Below, piece after piece: positions 38,625-50,942 of a stretch of 64,000 bases of DNA. The stretch's first letter is position 1; each line of letters starts with the position of its first letter. The DNA is from an uncultured delta proteobacterium (lineage in GTDB: Bacteria; Myxococcota; Myxococcia; Myxococcales; Anaeromyxobacteraceae), in NCBI GenBank assembly GCA_963766715.1, contig CAVYBH010000001.1, positions 224,001 through 288,000 on the forward strand, written 5' to 3'. The notes beneath the pieces are model-generated. The model saw only the letters and a program-made list of their open reading frames with translations, was not told the origin of the DNA and made no database searches. The translations under genes and the position numbers were made by a program.

Positions 38625-39593
38625 TTGGCAATTCTAGTCACCGGGGCCGCCGGCTTCATCGGGTCCAATCTCTCGAGAATCGTTCCTGGGTCAGGGCAAG
38701 AGGGTCGTGGGACTCGACGACCTTTCCCTCGGTCGCCTCTCGAATCTCGGCGACGTGCTTGGCCACGCCGGATTCGACTTCGCGCAGGTGGACCTCTCCA
38801 ATCCCGGAGCCTTCAGGGAAGCGCTGACGGCGGCCACCAGAGTGGAACCCCATCACCGAGGTCTGGCACATGGCGGCGAACTCGGACATCCAGGCCGGGG
38901 TCGTCGACCCGCAGGTCGACCTGCGCAACACCTTCCTGACGACCTTTCACACGCTCCAGATGATGAAGGAGCTGGGCATCGGCGTGCTCGCCTTTGCGTC
39001 CTCGTCCGCCATATATGGAAACCACGGAACCGCCACGCTGTCCGAGGACACCGGGCCGCTATTCCCCATATCGAGCTACGGCGCCATGAAGCTCGCGTCG
39101 GAGGCGACGATAAGCGCTGCGGTCGAGAGCTTCCTCGACCGCGCCTACATCTTCCGCTTTCCGAACGTGATCGGCGTGCCGGCGACGCATGGCGTGATGC
39201 TGGACTTCGTCCGGAAGCTGAAGGCCACCCCTGGGAGGCTCGAGGTCCTGGGCGACGGCACCCAGCGCAAGAGCTACCTTCACGTCGAGGAGCTCATCGA
39301 CGCGATGTTCTTCGTGCGCGAGAAGGCCTGCGACGAGATCAACTGCTTCAACATCGGCGCCGACGACGACGGCGTGACGGTACGCGAAATCGCCGAGAGG
39401 GTCGTGCGTGAAGTCGTCGCCTTCCGCCTCGATCGCCTACGGCCAGGGCAACAAAGGCTGGGTGGGGGACGTGCCGACGTTCAAGTATTCCCTGGAGAAG
39501 CTGAGAAGGCTGGGGTGGCAGCCCAGGCTCGGCTCGGCAGAGGCCATCGGCCGGGCCGTGAAGCAGATCGCGGCACAGGAGTCGGAGAAGTGA
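38625..39593 (+). CDS. NAD-dependent epimerase/dehydratase (frameshifted)
   Basis: ILVTGAAGFIGS, HMAANSDI, YGAMK, LGDGTQRKSY, GWVGDVP. Confidence 0.88.
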
Positions 39594-41557
39594 AGCAGGC
39601 CGTGATCCTCGCCGGCGGGAAGGGAACCCGCCTGCGGGAGAGGCTGGGCGACCTTCCGAAGCCCCTGGTCGACATCGGTGGGAAGCCCTTGCTCCAGCGA
39701 CAGCTCGAGCTCCTGAGGAAGCACGGCTACACCCACGCGGTGCTGCTCGTGAGCCACTCCTACGAGAAGATCGTCGACTTCTGCGCCGCGCGTCGAGATG
39801 CCTGGGGCCTCTCCGTCGATTGTCTGAGGGACGATCAGCCGCTCGGTACCGCCGGAGCGGTCCTGGCCCAGCTGGAGCGTCTGGACGACGAGTTCCTCGT
39901 GATCTACGGGGACACCATGATGGACGTCGACCTGGGGCGATTCGAGGCGTTCCACCAATCCGAGGGCGGACGTCGCGGCAACCCTGTTCCTCCACCCGAA
40001 CGATCACCCCGACGACTCCGACCTCGTGGAGATGGACGACCAAGGGAGGATCTCCGCCTTCCACCCCCATCCCCGCGACCCCGTGCGGTACTACGCCAAC
40101 CTCGTCAACGCGGCGCTGTACGCGGTCAACCGCAGGGAGCTGGAGCCGTGGCGCCACCCGAAGGGCCCCGTCGACTTCGGCAAGGACCTCTTTCCGGCCA
40201 TGCTCGACCGTGGGCGGATCCTGCTCGGCTATCCCAGCCCGGAGTACATCAAGGACTGCGGGACGCCTGGGCGGCTCGACAAGGTCCGTGCGCGACTTCA
40301 CGTCCGGCCGCGGTGGCGCGCGCCAGCCTCGACGCTCCGCAGCAGAAGGCCGTCTTCCTCGATCGCGACGGCACGCTCAACCGTGAGGTGGGGCACCTCT
40401 CCCGGCACGACCAGTTCGAGCTGCTGCCAGGCGCGGACGAAGCCATCAAGCGGCTGAACGGATCGGACTACAGCGACGATCGTCGTCACCAACCAGCCGG
40501 TCCTGGCACGAGGGGAGTGCACTCCCGGCGATGTGCAGGCAGGTCCACGCAAAGATGGACACGTTGCTCGGACGCGCGAGGTGCGTACGTCGACCGCCTC
40601 TATTACTGCCCTCACCATCCCGATCGAGGCTTCGTGGGCGAGGTGCCGGAACTCAAGATGCGACTGCGACTGCCGCAAGCCCCGTACCGGCATGGTGGAC
40701 AGGGCCGCCAGGGATTTCAACCTCAACATTCGCGACTCCTGGCTCATCGGCGATTCGTCCGTGGACGTGCTGACGGCGAGCCGCGCGGGCCTGCGCTCCG
40801 TTCTCGTCCAGACCGGAAGCGCGGGCCTCGACGGCCGTCACCGGGTCGCACCCGACTTCGTCGCACCCGGACTTCTCGCCGCGGTGCAGTTCATCCTCGA
40901 CGACCATCCCCGGTTGCTTGCCGAGTGCGCGCGGCTGGGCGCCGGAATCGGCGAGGGCGAGTTCGTGTTCGTGGGAGGGCTCTCGCGCAGCGGCAAGAGC
41001 ACCTTCGCCCACTGCCTGCGCGACGCGCTCCGCGGCAGGGACCGGCCAGCCGTGATACTGTCCCTCGATCGCTGGATCCTGAGCGCGACCGAGCGAACGG
41101 AGACCGTCCTGGGCCGGTATGCCCAGAGCGAGATCCGGGCAATCCTGGCCAGGCTGGCCGCGAGAATCGAGCCCCGTGACCCTTGACCTGCCCTTCTACG
41201 ATCAGAAGAATCGCATCCGCATGGAGAGCACGGAAAAGCCTGATCGTCCACCAGGACGACGTGGTCATCGTCGACGGAACCATCGCCCTGTCCTTGCTCG
41301 ACGCCGGTGCCGTCCCACCTCGCTCGAGGCTGGTTCGTCGACATCGACGAGGACGAGCGCCACGCACGGGTGGTGGAGGAGTACAGGTTGCGGGGCTACA
41401 GCGCGTGACCAGGCGGAAGCCGTCTACCTGGAGAGGCAGCGGGACGAGATCGCCGATCATCCAATCCTCGTCCAGGCTCGCGTCGGAGCGAATCCGCCTC
41501 GAGATGGGGCATGCCCGGCCGCCAGGATCACACCCGACGGCCGGGAGCGCCTCGTGA
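39590..41557 (+). CDS. fused nucleotidyltransferase (HddC-like) / heptose bisphosphate phosphatase (GmhB-like) / P-loop kinase (frameshifted)
   Basis: ILAGGKGTRL..PKPL; FLDRDGTLN, TNQ, CPHHP, CDCRKP, IGDS; then GGLSRSGKST Walker A. Confidence 0.8.
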
Positions 41558-42564
41558 TCATCAGCCGTACGCCGCTCCGCATGAGCTTCGCCGGGGGCGG
41601 CAGCGACCTGCCCGTGCTTCTACCGCGAGCACGGCGGCGCCGTGGTCAGCACCGCCGATCGACAAGTACGTGTACGTCAACGTCAACCGGAAGTTCGACG
41701 ACGGCATCCGGGTGGCCTACTCGCAAGAACGAGGAGGTCGCCAGCGTCCGCGAGATCGAGCACCGGCTGGTCCGCGCGGCGACTGGAGTACCTGCGGCAT
41801 CGACGGCGGGATCGAGATCACGACGATCGCGGACATCCCGTCCAAGGGCACCGGGCTCGGATCCTCCAGCTCGTTCACGGTCGGCCTCCTGAACGCGCTT
41901 GATGCGCTTACATGGGGCGCTACGTGTCCGCAGGAGCAGCTCGGGCAGGGACAGCTGCCGGATCGAGATGGAGATCTGCGGCGAGCCGATCGGCAAGCAG
42001 GACCAGTACGCAGCCGCGTTCGGCGGCTTCAACCTCATCCAGTTCCAGCCCGACGACTCGGTCGTCGTCTCGCCCGATCATCTGCCGTCGAGAGCACGCT
42101 CCGGCAGGTCGAGCGCCAGACCCTGATGCTCTACACCGGCATCACCCGCAGCGCGTCTGGCCTGCTGAAGGCAGCAGTCGGACGAGGTCGGCGCACAGGG
42201 CGGGAAGCAGCGACATCCTGAAGCGGATGGTGGAGCTGACGTACACCCTTGCGCGACGAGCTTCGCCGGGACAACGCCGACGCGATGGGACGAAATCCTC
42301 CACGAGAACTGGGAGCTCAAGAAGAGCATCACCAGCGGGATCAGCACCCCGGAGATCGACGAGTGGTACGCGAAGGCCCGGCGCGCCGGCGCCACGGGCG
42401 GCAAGATCCTCGGGGCCGGGGCCGGCGGGTTCCTCATGCTCTATGCGCCCGAGCAGTCGCACGAGGGCATCAAGAAGGCGCTTCCCGGCTTGCGCCCAAT
42501 CCCCATCAGCTTCGAGCCGCTCGGCAGCCGCATCATCTTCGTCACCGAGACCGGAAGGAATTGA
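41554..42564 (+). CDS. hddA: D-glycero-alpha-D-manno-heptose 7-phosphate kinase (GHMP; frameshifted)
   Basis: [46 protein letters not shown]. Confidence 0.9.
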
Positions 42565-42566
42565 CC

Positions 42567-43137
42567 ATGGAGTCCTTCTCCGGAAGTTCGTCCGCCTATT
42601 TCGCCCGACTGGGGGCCACGATCCAGGCGCTCGATTACCAGAGCCTCGACAGGGCGGTCGCGCTCGTCGCGAAGGCATGGCGCGACGGCCGGCAGGTGAT
42701 CACGCTGGGGAACGGGGGCAGCTCCTTGACAGCCCTGCATTTCGTCAACGACTGGAACAAGAGCGTGGCTGCGCGGGGAGGGCGCCCATTTCGAGGGCGG
42801 AGCCTGGTCGACAACGTCGGCCTGATCATGGCGTATGCGAACGACGTCAGCTTCCAGGACGTGTTCATCGAGCAACTCAAGAACATCCTGACACCCGGGG
42901 ACCTCGTCATCGCAATCTCCGGGGAGCGGCAACTCGGAGAACGTGATCCGGGCGGTGGAGTACGCGAACTCCGCGGGCGCGGTCACGCTGGGATTGTGCG
43001 GCTACGACGGCGGCAGGCTGAAGGAGCGCGCGCATCACCAGGTGTGGGTGAACGTCCACGACATGCAACTCGCCGAGGACGTGCACGCCATGTTCGGCCA
43101 CGTCGTCATGCAGGCCCTGTGCGGGGCGGTACCCTAG
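42567..43137 (+). CDS. gmhA: sedoheptulose 7-phosphate isomerase (SIS domain; frameshifted)
   Basis: GNGGS, ANDVSFQDVF, ISGSGNSENV (across frameshift), GYDGG, EDVH. Confidence 0.88.
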
Positions 43138-43150
43138 CGTCTCGGTGGGC

Positions 43151-44122
43151 CTAGGTCGCGGCAGGACGACGGAGCGCCCTCAGCTTCAGCCTGAGGCCGT
43201 AGCTCAGCGCGATGGCACGACGCGCCATGGCTTGCAGGACGTCGCCGAGGAACCGGCGTGGGCCGACCCTCCGATACAGGCGCCCGGCGTTCGAGAACCT
43301 CAGCCCGAGCGCCAGGTCCAGGAAGACGAAATTGGCGGCAGCCATCGCGTCGGCGTCGGACAGGACGTCCTGGCCCATCACCTCGTCGAAGCACTGCTGG
43401 AGGAACACGCGGTTGTCGCGAAAGACGGAGTCGATCAGGAGCCGATTCTGGCTCCGGATCAGCAGTTGCTTCTGGCGGGAGATGGAAGATCCGTGGACGC
43501 GATACTTGAGCAGTACCTCGTCGACGTTGACGGCCCTCGACCCGGAAAAGATCATCCGGGCCCACAAATCGAGGTCCTCGATCGCCTGGTACAGACCGTC
43601 CCCGTAGCGAAGCGAGCGGGTCCTCAGCGAGGCCGCCCTCATCGTGGTGCCCGAATGCGGGAACGGGGACCCCACGCAGAAGAAGAGGGCAATGGCGTGG
43701 TGAGTCCTGGGGACGGCCGAGAATCGAATCACGCGCTCCTGGGGGTCGACCTGCGCGAAGTGGGAGCCGCAGATGTCGGCGCGCTCGGCCTCCATCAGCG
43801 CCACCTGCCGGGCGAGCCGTTCCGGCAAGGAGACGTCGTCCGCGTCCATCCGCGCGAGAAAGGTCCCCTTCGCCGCCTCGACCCCCTCGTTCAGTGCACC
43901 GATCAGCGTGCCGCGTCGTCCCTTCAGGACCCGGATCCGGGGATCGCGCGCCTGGTAGCGCTCGATGATGGCAAGGGAGTCATCGGTGGAGTCGTCGTAG
44001 ACGATGAGGAACTCGAAATCCTGGACCGTCTGCCCCAATACGCTCTCGATGGCTTCGCCCAGGAAGGCCGCGCCGTTGTAGACGGGCATGATGACCGATA
44101 CCAGTGGCGCCTGAGCCCGCAA
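43151..44122 (-). CDS. glycosyltransferase family 2
   Basis: VSVIMPVYN, DDSTD, ARMDADD, EDLDLW. Confidence 0.9.
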   Translation of the reverse strand: MRAQAPLVSVIMPVYNGAAFLGEAIESVLGQTVQDFEFLIVYDDSTDDSLAIIERYQARDPRIRVLKGRRGTLIGALNEGVEAAKGTFLARMDADDVSLPERLARQVALMEAERADICGSHFAQVDPQERVIRFSAVPRTHHAIALFFCVGSPFPHSGTTMRAASLRTRSLRYGDGLYQAIEDLDLWARMIFSGSRAVNVDEVLLKYRVHGSSISRQKQLLIRSQNRLLIDSVFRDNRVFLQQCFDEVMGQDVLSDADAMAAANFVFLDLALGLRFSNAGRLYRRVGPRRFLGDVLQAMARRAIALSYGLRLKLRALRRPAAT

Positions 44123-44225
44123 GGTGGCTACTTTCGTAGTGGATCGCGGGGGGCGAGTCCAGAGCGGACTGGCCGAGTCTCGCCGTGCGCCAGCCGGACG
44201 AAGATGCTATCTACGGCAGATTCGC

Positions 44226-45089
44226 ATGCGAATCCTCGTGGTGGGCGGCGACGGGATGCTCGGCCACCAGCTCGTGGAGAGCTGGGGCGGCCGGCACGAG
44301 GTCTGGGTCACGCTCCGCAAGGACGCAGTCGGCCTACGCGCGGGAGCCGCTCCGCGCCCCTCCTCGGGGTCGACGTCCGGCGGCTGGGCGGCGTCGTCGA
44401 CGCGGTCGCCGCGGTTCGCCCGGAGGCCGTGGTGAACGCGGTGGGGATCGTCAAGCAGCGCCCCACGGCGAAGGAGTACGTCCCCAGCATCGAGGTGAAC
44501 GCGCTCTTCCCGCACCAGCTCGCCCGCATCACCGCGGCGGCCGGCGCCCGGATGGTCCACCTCGAGCACCGACTGCGTCTTCTCCGGCGAGAAGGGCGCG
44601 CTACGTGGAGTGCGACCGGCCCGACCCGGTGGACCTCTACGGCCGACCAAGCTCCTCGGCGAGGTGTCCGAGGCGCCGAACTGCCTGACGCTCCGGACTT
44701 CCATCATCGGGCTGGAGCTCGGGACCGGGGCGGGCTCGTCGAGTGGTTCCTCGCCCAGCGCGGCCCGTCCAGGGCTTCCGCCGGGCCATCTACAGCGGCC
44801 TCACCACCGCCGAGATGGCCCGGGCCATCGAGCACTTCCTCGTCCACGACCCGGACCTGGCCGGCGTCTGGCACCTGGCCTCCGCGCCCATCGACAAGTT
44901 CACGCTGCTCGTGGGCTCCTGGCCCGGCTGCCCCGCGAGGCGTGGAGATCGCTCCCGACGACACCTTCACCTGCGACCGCAGCCTCGATCGGCGCGGCCT
45001 GCGGGCGCGGACCACCTACCGGGTGGCTCCTGGGACGCCATGCTGGACGAGCTGGCGAGTCCGTCCGTCGAAGGGAGAGAGAGACGTGA
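44226..45089 (+). CDS. RmlD-like SDR reductase (QnlA/WbvR type; frameshifted)
   Basis: GGDGMLG, VVNAVGIVKQ, VNALFPHQLA, STDCVFSG, LRTSIIG. Confidence 0.8.
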
Positions 45090-46154
45090 TCCTCCAAGGC
45101 AAGCGGGTCCTGGTCACCGGCGGAACGGGGTCCATGGGCAAGAAGCTGGTCCGGAGGCTCCTCTCCGGGGAGATCGGCACGCCGGCCAAGGTCATCATCC
45201 TCTCGCGCGACGAGGCGAAGCAGCACGTCATGCGGCTCGCCTACATGAACCGCAGGCCACGACCGACGAGGTCATCTACGACAACTTCCAGCGCACCATC
45301 TCGTTCCGCATCGGCGACGTGCGCAGCTACGCCGACGTCTGCGGGGCCATGCGCGAGGCCGACATGGTGATCAACGCCGCCGCCATGAAGCAGGTGCCCA
45401 CCTGCGAGTACTTCCCCGAGCAGGCCATCGCCACGAACTGCATCGGGCCCGGCCAACATCGTCCAGGCGCTGCGCGATCACGACTACCCGGTCGAGACCG
45501 TGGTGGGCGTCAGCACCGACAAGGCCTGCAAGCCGGTCAACGCCATGGGCATGAGCAAGGCGATCCAGGAGCGCATCTTCATCGCGGCGAACATCGCCGT
45601 CCCGAAGACCCGCTTCATCTGCGTCCGCTACGGAAACGTGCTGGCCTCGCGCGGGTCGGTCATCCCGCTCTTCCTCGACCAGATCGCCCGCGGCGGCCCG
45701 GTGACGGTGACCGTGCCGGAGATGACCCGCTTCCTGCTCAGCCTCGACGTGGCGGTGGACACGGTCTTCGCCGCGCTGCGCACGGCCCGGGCCGGCGAGA
45801 CGATCGTCCCGCGCGCCCCGGCGGCCACGGTGATGAACGTGGCCCGGGCCATGGTGGGCGACCGCGCCGTTCCCATCGAGGTCACAGGGATGCGCCCCGG
45901 CGAGAAGATGGACGAGATCATGGTCTCCGACGAGGAGGCGCGACGGACCATCGCGCGCGGGGACTACTTCGCCATCCTGCCCATGCTCCCGGAGCTGATC
46001 CTGCACGAGGACCAGCGGGGCCTCGGTGCTCTCGAAGGAGTTCAGCTCCGGGGACGAGGTGCTCGATCTGGAGGGCACCCGGGCGCTCCTCCGCAAGCAC
46101 GGCCTCATGCCCGACCAGGCGGCCGCGCTGGACGCCGGGGAGATCCTGGCGTGA
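45086..46154 (+). CDS. UDP-GlcNAc 4,6-dehydratase/epimerase (FnlA/WbjB/WbvB type; frameshifted)
   Basis: VTGGTGSMG, SRDEAKQ, AAMKQVPTCE, STDKACKPVNAMGMSKA, RYGNVLASRGSV. Confidence 0.88.
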
Positions 46155-47303
46155 CGGGGCCGCCGGCGGCGGGAACGCCTCAAGGTGATGACCATCGTGG
46201 GCACCCGCCCGGAGGTCATCAAGCTCAGCCGGGTCATCGCCGCGCTCGATCGCCACACCGACCACGTCCTCGTCCACTCCGGCCAGAACTTCGACCCGAG
46301 CTGAACGAGGTCTTCTTCAGCGAGCTGGAGATCCCCCGGCCGCGCCACTACCTCGGCGTGGCGGCGGAGCGTCGCCGAGATGATCGCGCAGGTGATCGTG
46401 AAGAGCGACGAGGTCCTGGCCGCCGAGAGGCCCGACGCGCTGCTCCTCTACGGCGACACCAACACCTGCCTCGGCGTGCTCGCGGCCAAGCGGCGGAAGA
46501 TCCCGGTGTTCCACATGGAGGCGGGCAACCGCTGCTTCGACCAGCGGGTGCCCGAGGAGATGAACCGCAAGATCGTGGACCACCTGAGCGACATCAACAT
46601 GCCGCTCACCGAGCACGCCCGCCGCTACCTGCTCGCTGAGGGGCTGCGGCCGGAGACGGTCATCAAGACCGGCTCGACGATGCGCGAGGTGCTCGACCAC
46701 TACGCGCCCGGGATCGCCGCGTCGCGGTCCTCGAGGAGCTGGGGCTCGCGCCGGGGGATACCTCCTCGTGAGCGTACACCGCGAGGAGAACGTGGACGAC
46801 CCGGCCCGCTGGCCGGGATCCTGGAGACGCTGCAGCCGTCGCCCGGCGGTACGCCGGCGGGTGGTGGTCTCGACCCACCCCGCACCCGTATGCGGCTGGA
46901 GCGGCTGGCCGAGCGCACGAGGACCTCGAGGCCGAGGGGTGACGTTCCTGAAGCCGTTCGGGTTCTTCGACTACGCCAGCTCCAGCAGCGCGCCTTCTGC
47001 GTGATCTCCGACAGCGGCACCATCACCGAGGAGTCCGCCCTGCTCGGATTCCCCGCCGTCACCCTGCGCGAGGCGCACGAGCGCCCCGAGGGCATGGACG
47101 CGGGAACGCTGGTGATGAGCGGACTCGCGACCGAGAGGGTGTTGCAGGCCATCGACCTCGTGACGTCGCGGGCCGGGCGACGCGCCGGGATCCCGCCCGA
47201 CTACCTGGAGCGCAACGTCTCCCGGAAGGTCGTCCAGATCATCCAGAGCTATACGGACTACGTGAACCGGACCGTATGGCGGAAGACCGCGTCGGAAGCC
47301 TAG
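46151..47303 (+). CDS. non-hydrolysing UDP-N-acetylhexosamine 2-epimerase (FnlC/WbjD/QnlB type; frameshifted)
   Basis: IVGTRPE.IKL, GDTNT, HMEAGNRCFDQRVPEE, SDSGTITEE, HERPEGMD. Confidence 0.9.
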
Positions 47304-47322
47304 GCCGGGCCCGCCGGCGCCC

Positions 47323-48481
47323 TCAGGCGCGGCGCAGGCATCGCTCGAACATCTCCACGTTCCGGCGCTCCGGCGCCAATCGCTCCACGAAGGCCAGCGC
47401 CGTGGCCCGGGCGCGATCGGCCATGGCCGCATGCGCATCCGGGCCCATGTCCACGCACGCCTGGAGGGCCGCCGTCCACCGGGCAGGATCCTCGAGGGGG
47501 AGGGTGAATCCAGCCCCCTCGAGCCCCAGGTCCGGCCAGGCGGTGCGGTCGCTCAGCACGACGGGGCAGCGGGCCACGAGCGACTCGAAGATCACGTGAC
47601 CGAAGTTCTCCCCGAGCGTGGGCAGGACGAAGAAGTCGTGGGCCGCGAACGCCTCCATGACCCGGTCCGGAGGAAGCTCGCCTCGGTACTGCATGGCGAC
47701 GTGGGACGGCAGCCGGGCCGCCTCGGCCTGGCACTCGTGCCAGTACGACGCGTCGTCGGTGGTTCCGAAGACGTCCAGGGTCACGTCCCCCCGGAGACCG
47801 GAGAGCGCACGCAGGGCGAAGTGGAGGTTCTTCATGCGGGCGACGCGGGAGATGAAGACGAACCGGGCGCGGCCGGGGATCTTGGGCGCTCTCGTCACTT
47901 CGACCCGGGGGGCCTCGCCAATCAGGTCCGGGCCGATCACGACGTCCGAGGCGGCCACCCAGGGAAGCGCGCGAAGGATGTCGTCGCGCTCCCGCCCGGT
48001 GGAGGCCTGCCAGAGCGCGCCCCGGTGGAGGCCCACCGTCCGTCCGAGCCGAAGGAAGGCGCGCTTCCGGAACCTCCGGATCCCGAGCGCTCCGGGCGAG
48101 CACTCCCCGCGGGGAGCGATGAGGAGGGGAAGGGACGGGGCGATGCCCAGGCGCCTGGCGAGCAGGAAGCGGATGGTCATCCGCGAGAAGAGGCTGTTCG
48201 CGTAGACGAGAATCGGCACCCACCTCCCGGACGATGGCCCCGAGCCGGCGGACCGTTTCCTCGCCCGGCGGAAGGTAGAGCACGCGCGCCCGCCCCACAT
48301 CCGTCCAGCGGAGCACCGGGACGTCGGGGTAGGGCGTGCTGGACGCGTGGTCCCGGTTCCGCGTGACGATCCAGAAGTCGATGCCAGGAGGGAGGCTTGC
48401 CACCAGGTTCTGAACGGCCCGAAGTTGCCCGCCACCCCGGGTGCCGGGGAGGAAGTGGTCGACGAGCGTCAGGATCCTCAC
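47323..48481 (-). CDS. glycosyltransferase family 4 (frameshift near 48215)
   Basis: APRGE, FISRVARMKNL, PTLGENFGHVIFESL. Confidence 0.85.
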
Positions 48482-48497
48482 GCCGACCCCCAGGTGC

Positions 48498-49724
48498 TCA
48501 TGCGTGGCCTCGACCGGCCAGGCGGCGGAGGTCTGCCTCGATGCCGTCGATGCACACGTCCCGGGCAAAGTGGGCGCGGCAGTACGCGCGTCCTCGCTCC
48601 CCGAGCCGTGCCCGCTCGTCGGGCGGCATGCGGATCATCTTGCGCACGTTCGCCGCCAGGCCGGCGGCGTCTCCCGCACGAGAGGCCAGGCCCGCCCCCG
48701 ATTCGGCGATGACGCGCGAGGCCTCCCCGTCGATGGAGCCCAGCACCGGGCGGCCGGCGGCGAGGTAGGTCTGCAGCTTCGACGGGATGGTGAGCGAGAG
48801 CACCTCGTCCGGCACCAGGCTGACGAGCATCGCGCCGGCCTTCGCGAAGAGTCCGGGCATGTCGGAGAGCGGACGCCGGCCGACGAGGTGCACGCGGTCC
48901 GAAAGCCCCCGCCGACGGGACTCCTCGGCGAGCCACGGCTCGAGGGAGCCGTCGCCCACGAGTACCCACCGCACGTCGGGCTCGTCGCGGAGGAGGTCGG
49001 CGGCGGCGAGGACCGTCTCCAATCCCTGGACGCGACCCAGGTTGCCCGCGAACATGATCGGGAACCCACCCTCCCAGGCCTCCCGGACGTCTGGAAGCGC
49101 GACGGGCCGATCGAAGATGTCCTCGGCCCAGTTGGGAAGGTAGCCCGTCCGCTCCGGTCGCGCGCCGAGCGCCTGCAATCTCGGCAGGAACCCCTGGCTG
49201 GAGCCGAGCAGCAGGTCGGCACGCAGGTAGAGCCAGCGGGAGAGTGCACGAATGGGGGCGACGAGCGCGGGCGATCGCACCAGCCCCGAGGCGGTCACGC
49301 TCTCGGGCCAGAGGTCCTGGACCCAGACGACGAAGGGGACGCGGGCGAGGCCTTTCAGGACCACGGCCGGCACGATCGAGGTGATCGGGCTACCCCCGAA
49401 GACGAATGCCACGTCCCACCGGCCGCGGCGCAGGCCCACGACCCGGAGCGACGCGAGGAAGGCGTAGGACGCGTAGTTGAGGACCAGATTCCAGGCCCGC
49501 TTCCGGCCGCGCGGGACGAGGGGAACCCTGTGCACGGGAATCCCATGGTAGTCCTCTCGAAGTGGCGAGGTGGGGCGATATCCGTCGAAGTACCGGCCGG
49601 AAGGGTAGTTGGGCATCCCGGTGAGCACCTCAACGGAATGTCCACGCGCCTGCAATCCGAGCGCGAGGTCGTTCACCTTGAAGGACTCCGGCCAGAAGTA
49701 TTGCGAGATGATGAGGATTCGCAC
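48498..49724 (-). CDS. WbuB-like glycosyltransferase family 4 (L-FucNAc/L-QuiNAc transferase type)
   Basis: SQYFWPE, TGMPNYP, WVQDLWPES, FAGNLG, IPSKLQTYLAAG. Confidence 0.88.
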   Translation of the reverse strand: MRILIISQYFWPESFKVNDLALGLQARGHSVEVLTGMPNYPSGRYFDGYRPTSPLREDYHGIPVHRVPLVPRGRKRAWNLVLNYASYAFLASLRVVGLRRGRWDVAFVFGGSPITSIVPAVVLKGLARVPFVVWVQDLWPESVTASGLVRSPALVAPIRALSRWLYLRADLLLGSSQGFLPRLQALGARPERTGYLPNWAEDIFDRPVALPDVREAWEGGFPIMFAGNLGRVQGLETVLAAADLLRDEPDVRWVLVGDGSLEPWLAEESRRRGLSDRVHLVGRRPLSDMPGLFAKAGAMLVSLVPDEVLSLTIPSKLQTYLAAGRPVLGSIDGEASRVIAESGAGLASRAGDAAGLAANVRKMIRMPPDERARLGERGRAYCRAHFARDVCIDGIEADLRRLAGRGHA

Positions 49725-49813
49725 GTGGAGCTCCGGAAAGGGAGTGACGTAACCATGTTTCCGAGGCGCAGTCATCCCAGAGAATCGCGCCTCGGGGAGG
49801 TTCCGCGAGGTCG

Positions 49814-50846
49814 ATGAACCTTCCCGGCATCGCGCTCGTGGGTGGCGGCAGCCTCCTCGCTTCCCTCCTGCTGGTCCGCGCCGTTCGCGATTTTGCGAGC
49901 CGGCGCGCGCTGCTCGACCGGCCCAACGAGCGAAGTTCCCACGAGGTCCCGAAGCCTGCGCCTCGGCGGGATTGGCGTCGTCCTGCCGCTCCTCTGCACC
50001 GGGGCCGTGCTGGTGGGGGCCGGCCTCGCCCCTGGCGCGCTCCTCGTTCCCCTGGCGGCCACGGCGCTCATCGCGCTGCTCGGACTCGCGGACGACGTCC
50101 GCCCGCTGCCGGCCCGGGTCCGCTTCGGCGTGCAGGTGGGGCTCGCCTCGCTGGTGGTCGCGTCGTCGTACGGCCGGTTGCCGGTCGCGGCAGGTCTCCT
50201 CGGCGCGTGGATCCCCTCTCCGGCGCTGGCCGTGCTGGCCGTGCTGTGGATCGTCTGGCTCACGAACCTCTACAACTTCATGGACGGCATCGACGGGCTC
50301 GCCGGCGTCCAGGCCCTCACCGCCTCGGCAGGGCTGGCGGTGGTCGCGCTGGCGGTGGGGGCGGGCGCGTCGGCGTGGCTGCTCCTCGCGCTCGGCGGGG
50401 CGAGCCTGGGCTTCCTCGTCTTCAACTTCCCGCCGTCCTCGATCTTCATGGGGGATGTCGGCTCCACCGCGGTGGGCTTCTTCTTCGGCTGCCTTCCGCT
50501 GTTTCCCGAGGCGCATCCCGTACCGGTTGCCCCCGTGGCCCTGGCGCTCTCGCTCTTCGTTCTGGACGCCACGGTGACCCTGCTGCGGCGGGTCGCGAGA
50601 GGGGAACGGTGGTACGCGCCCCACCGCACCCACCTCTACCAGCGACCGGTGGTCCTGGGCGTCGGCCACCGGGCCGTCCTCGTCGCCGCCGGCGCCGGAA
50701 TGGCCGCGGTCGCCGCCTGCGCCGTGGCATGGCCACTCACGGGTACCTCCGGAAGGGTCATGGCCGCCATGATGCCGTTCTTCCTGTTTTTTCTGGCGAC
50801 GATCGTCGTCCGGCGACTCGAAAGCGGCAGGAAATCGAGCCCATGA
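49814..50846 (+). CDS. MraY/WecA/WbpL-family undecaprenyl-phosphate phospho-sugar transferase (one frameshift)
   Basis: DRPNERSSH, GLADD, NLYNFMDGIDGLA, IFMGDVGS, HRTHLYQR. Confidence 0.92.
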
Positions 50847-50942
50847 ACAGGTATTGGTTTCCCCCGAGTGTACTTTTCCTGTCATTCTCAAGGGTTCGTA
50901 CAGTCTTTGTAGAATCACGGGGTTAGCCGGGAGGGGAGATAG

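Noticed and set aside
49761..49795. Inverted repeat CCGAGGCGC...GCGCCTCGG in a divergent gap as an invertase site
   Set aside because: It is local to one intergenic region, has no partner at the other end of the block, and no recombinase is in the window.
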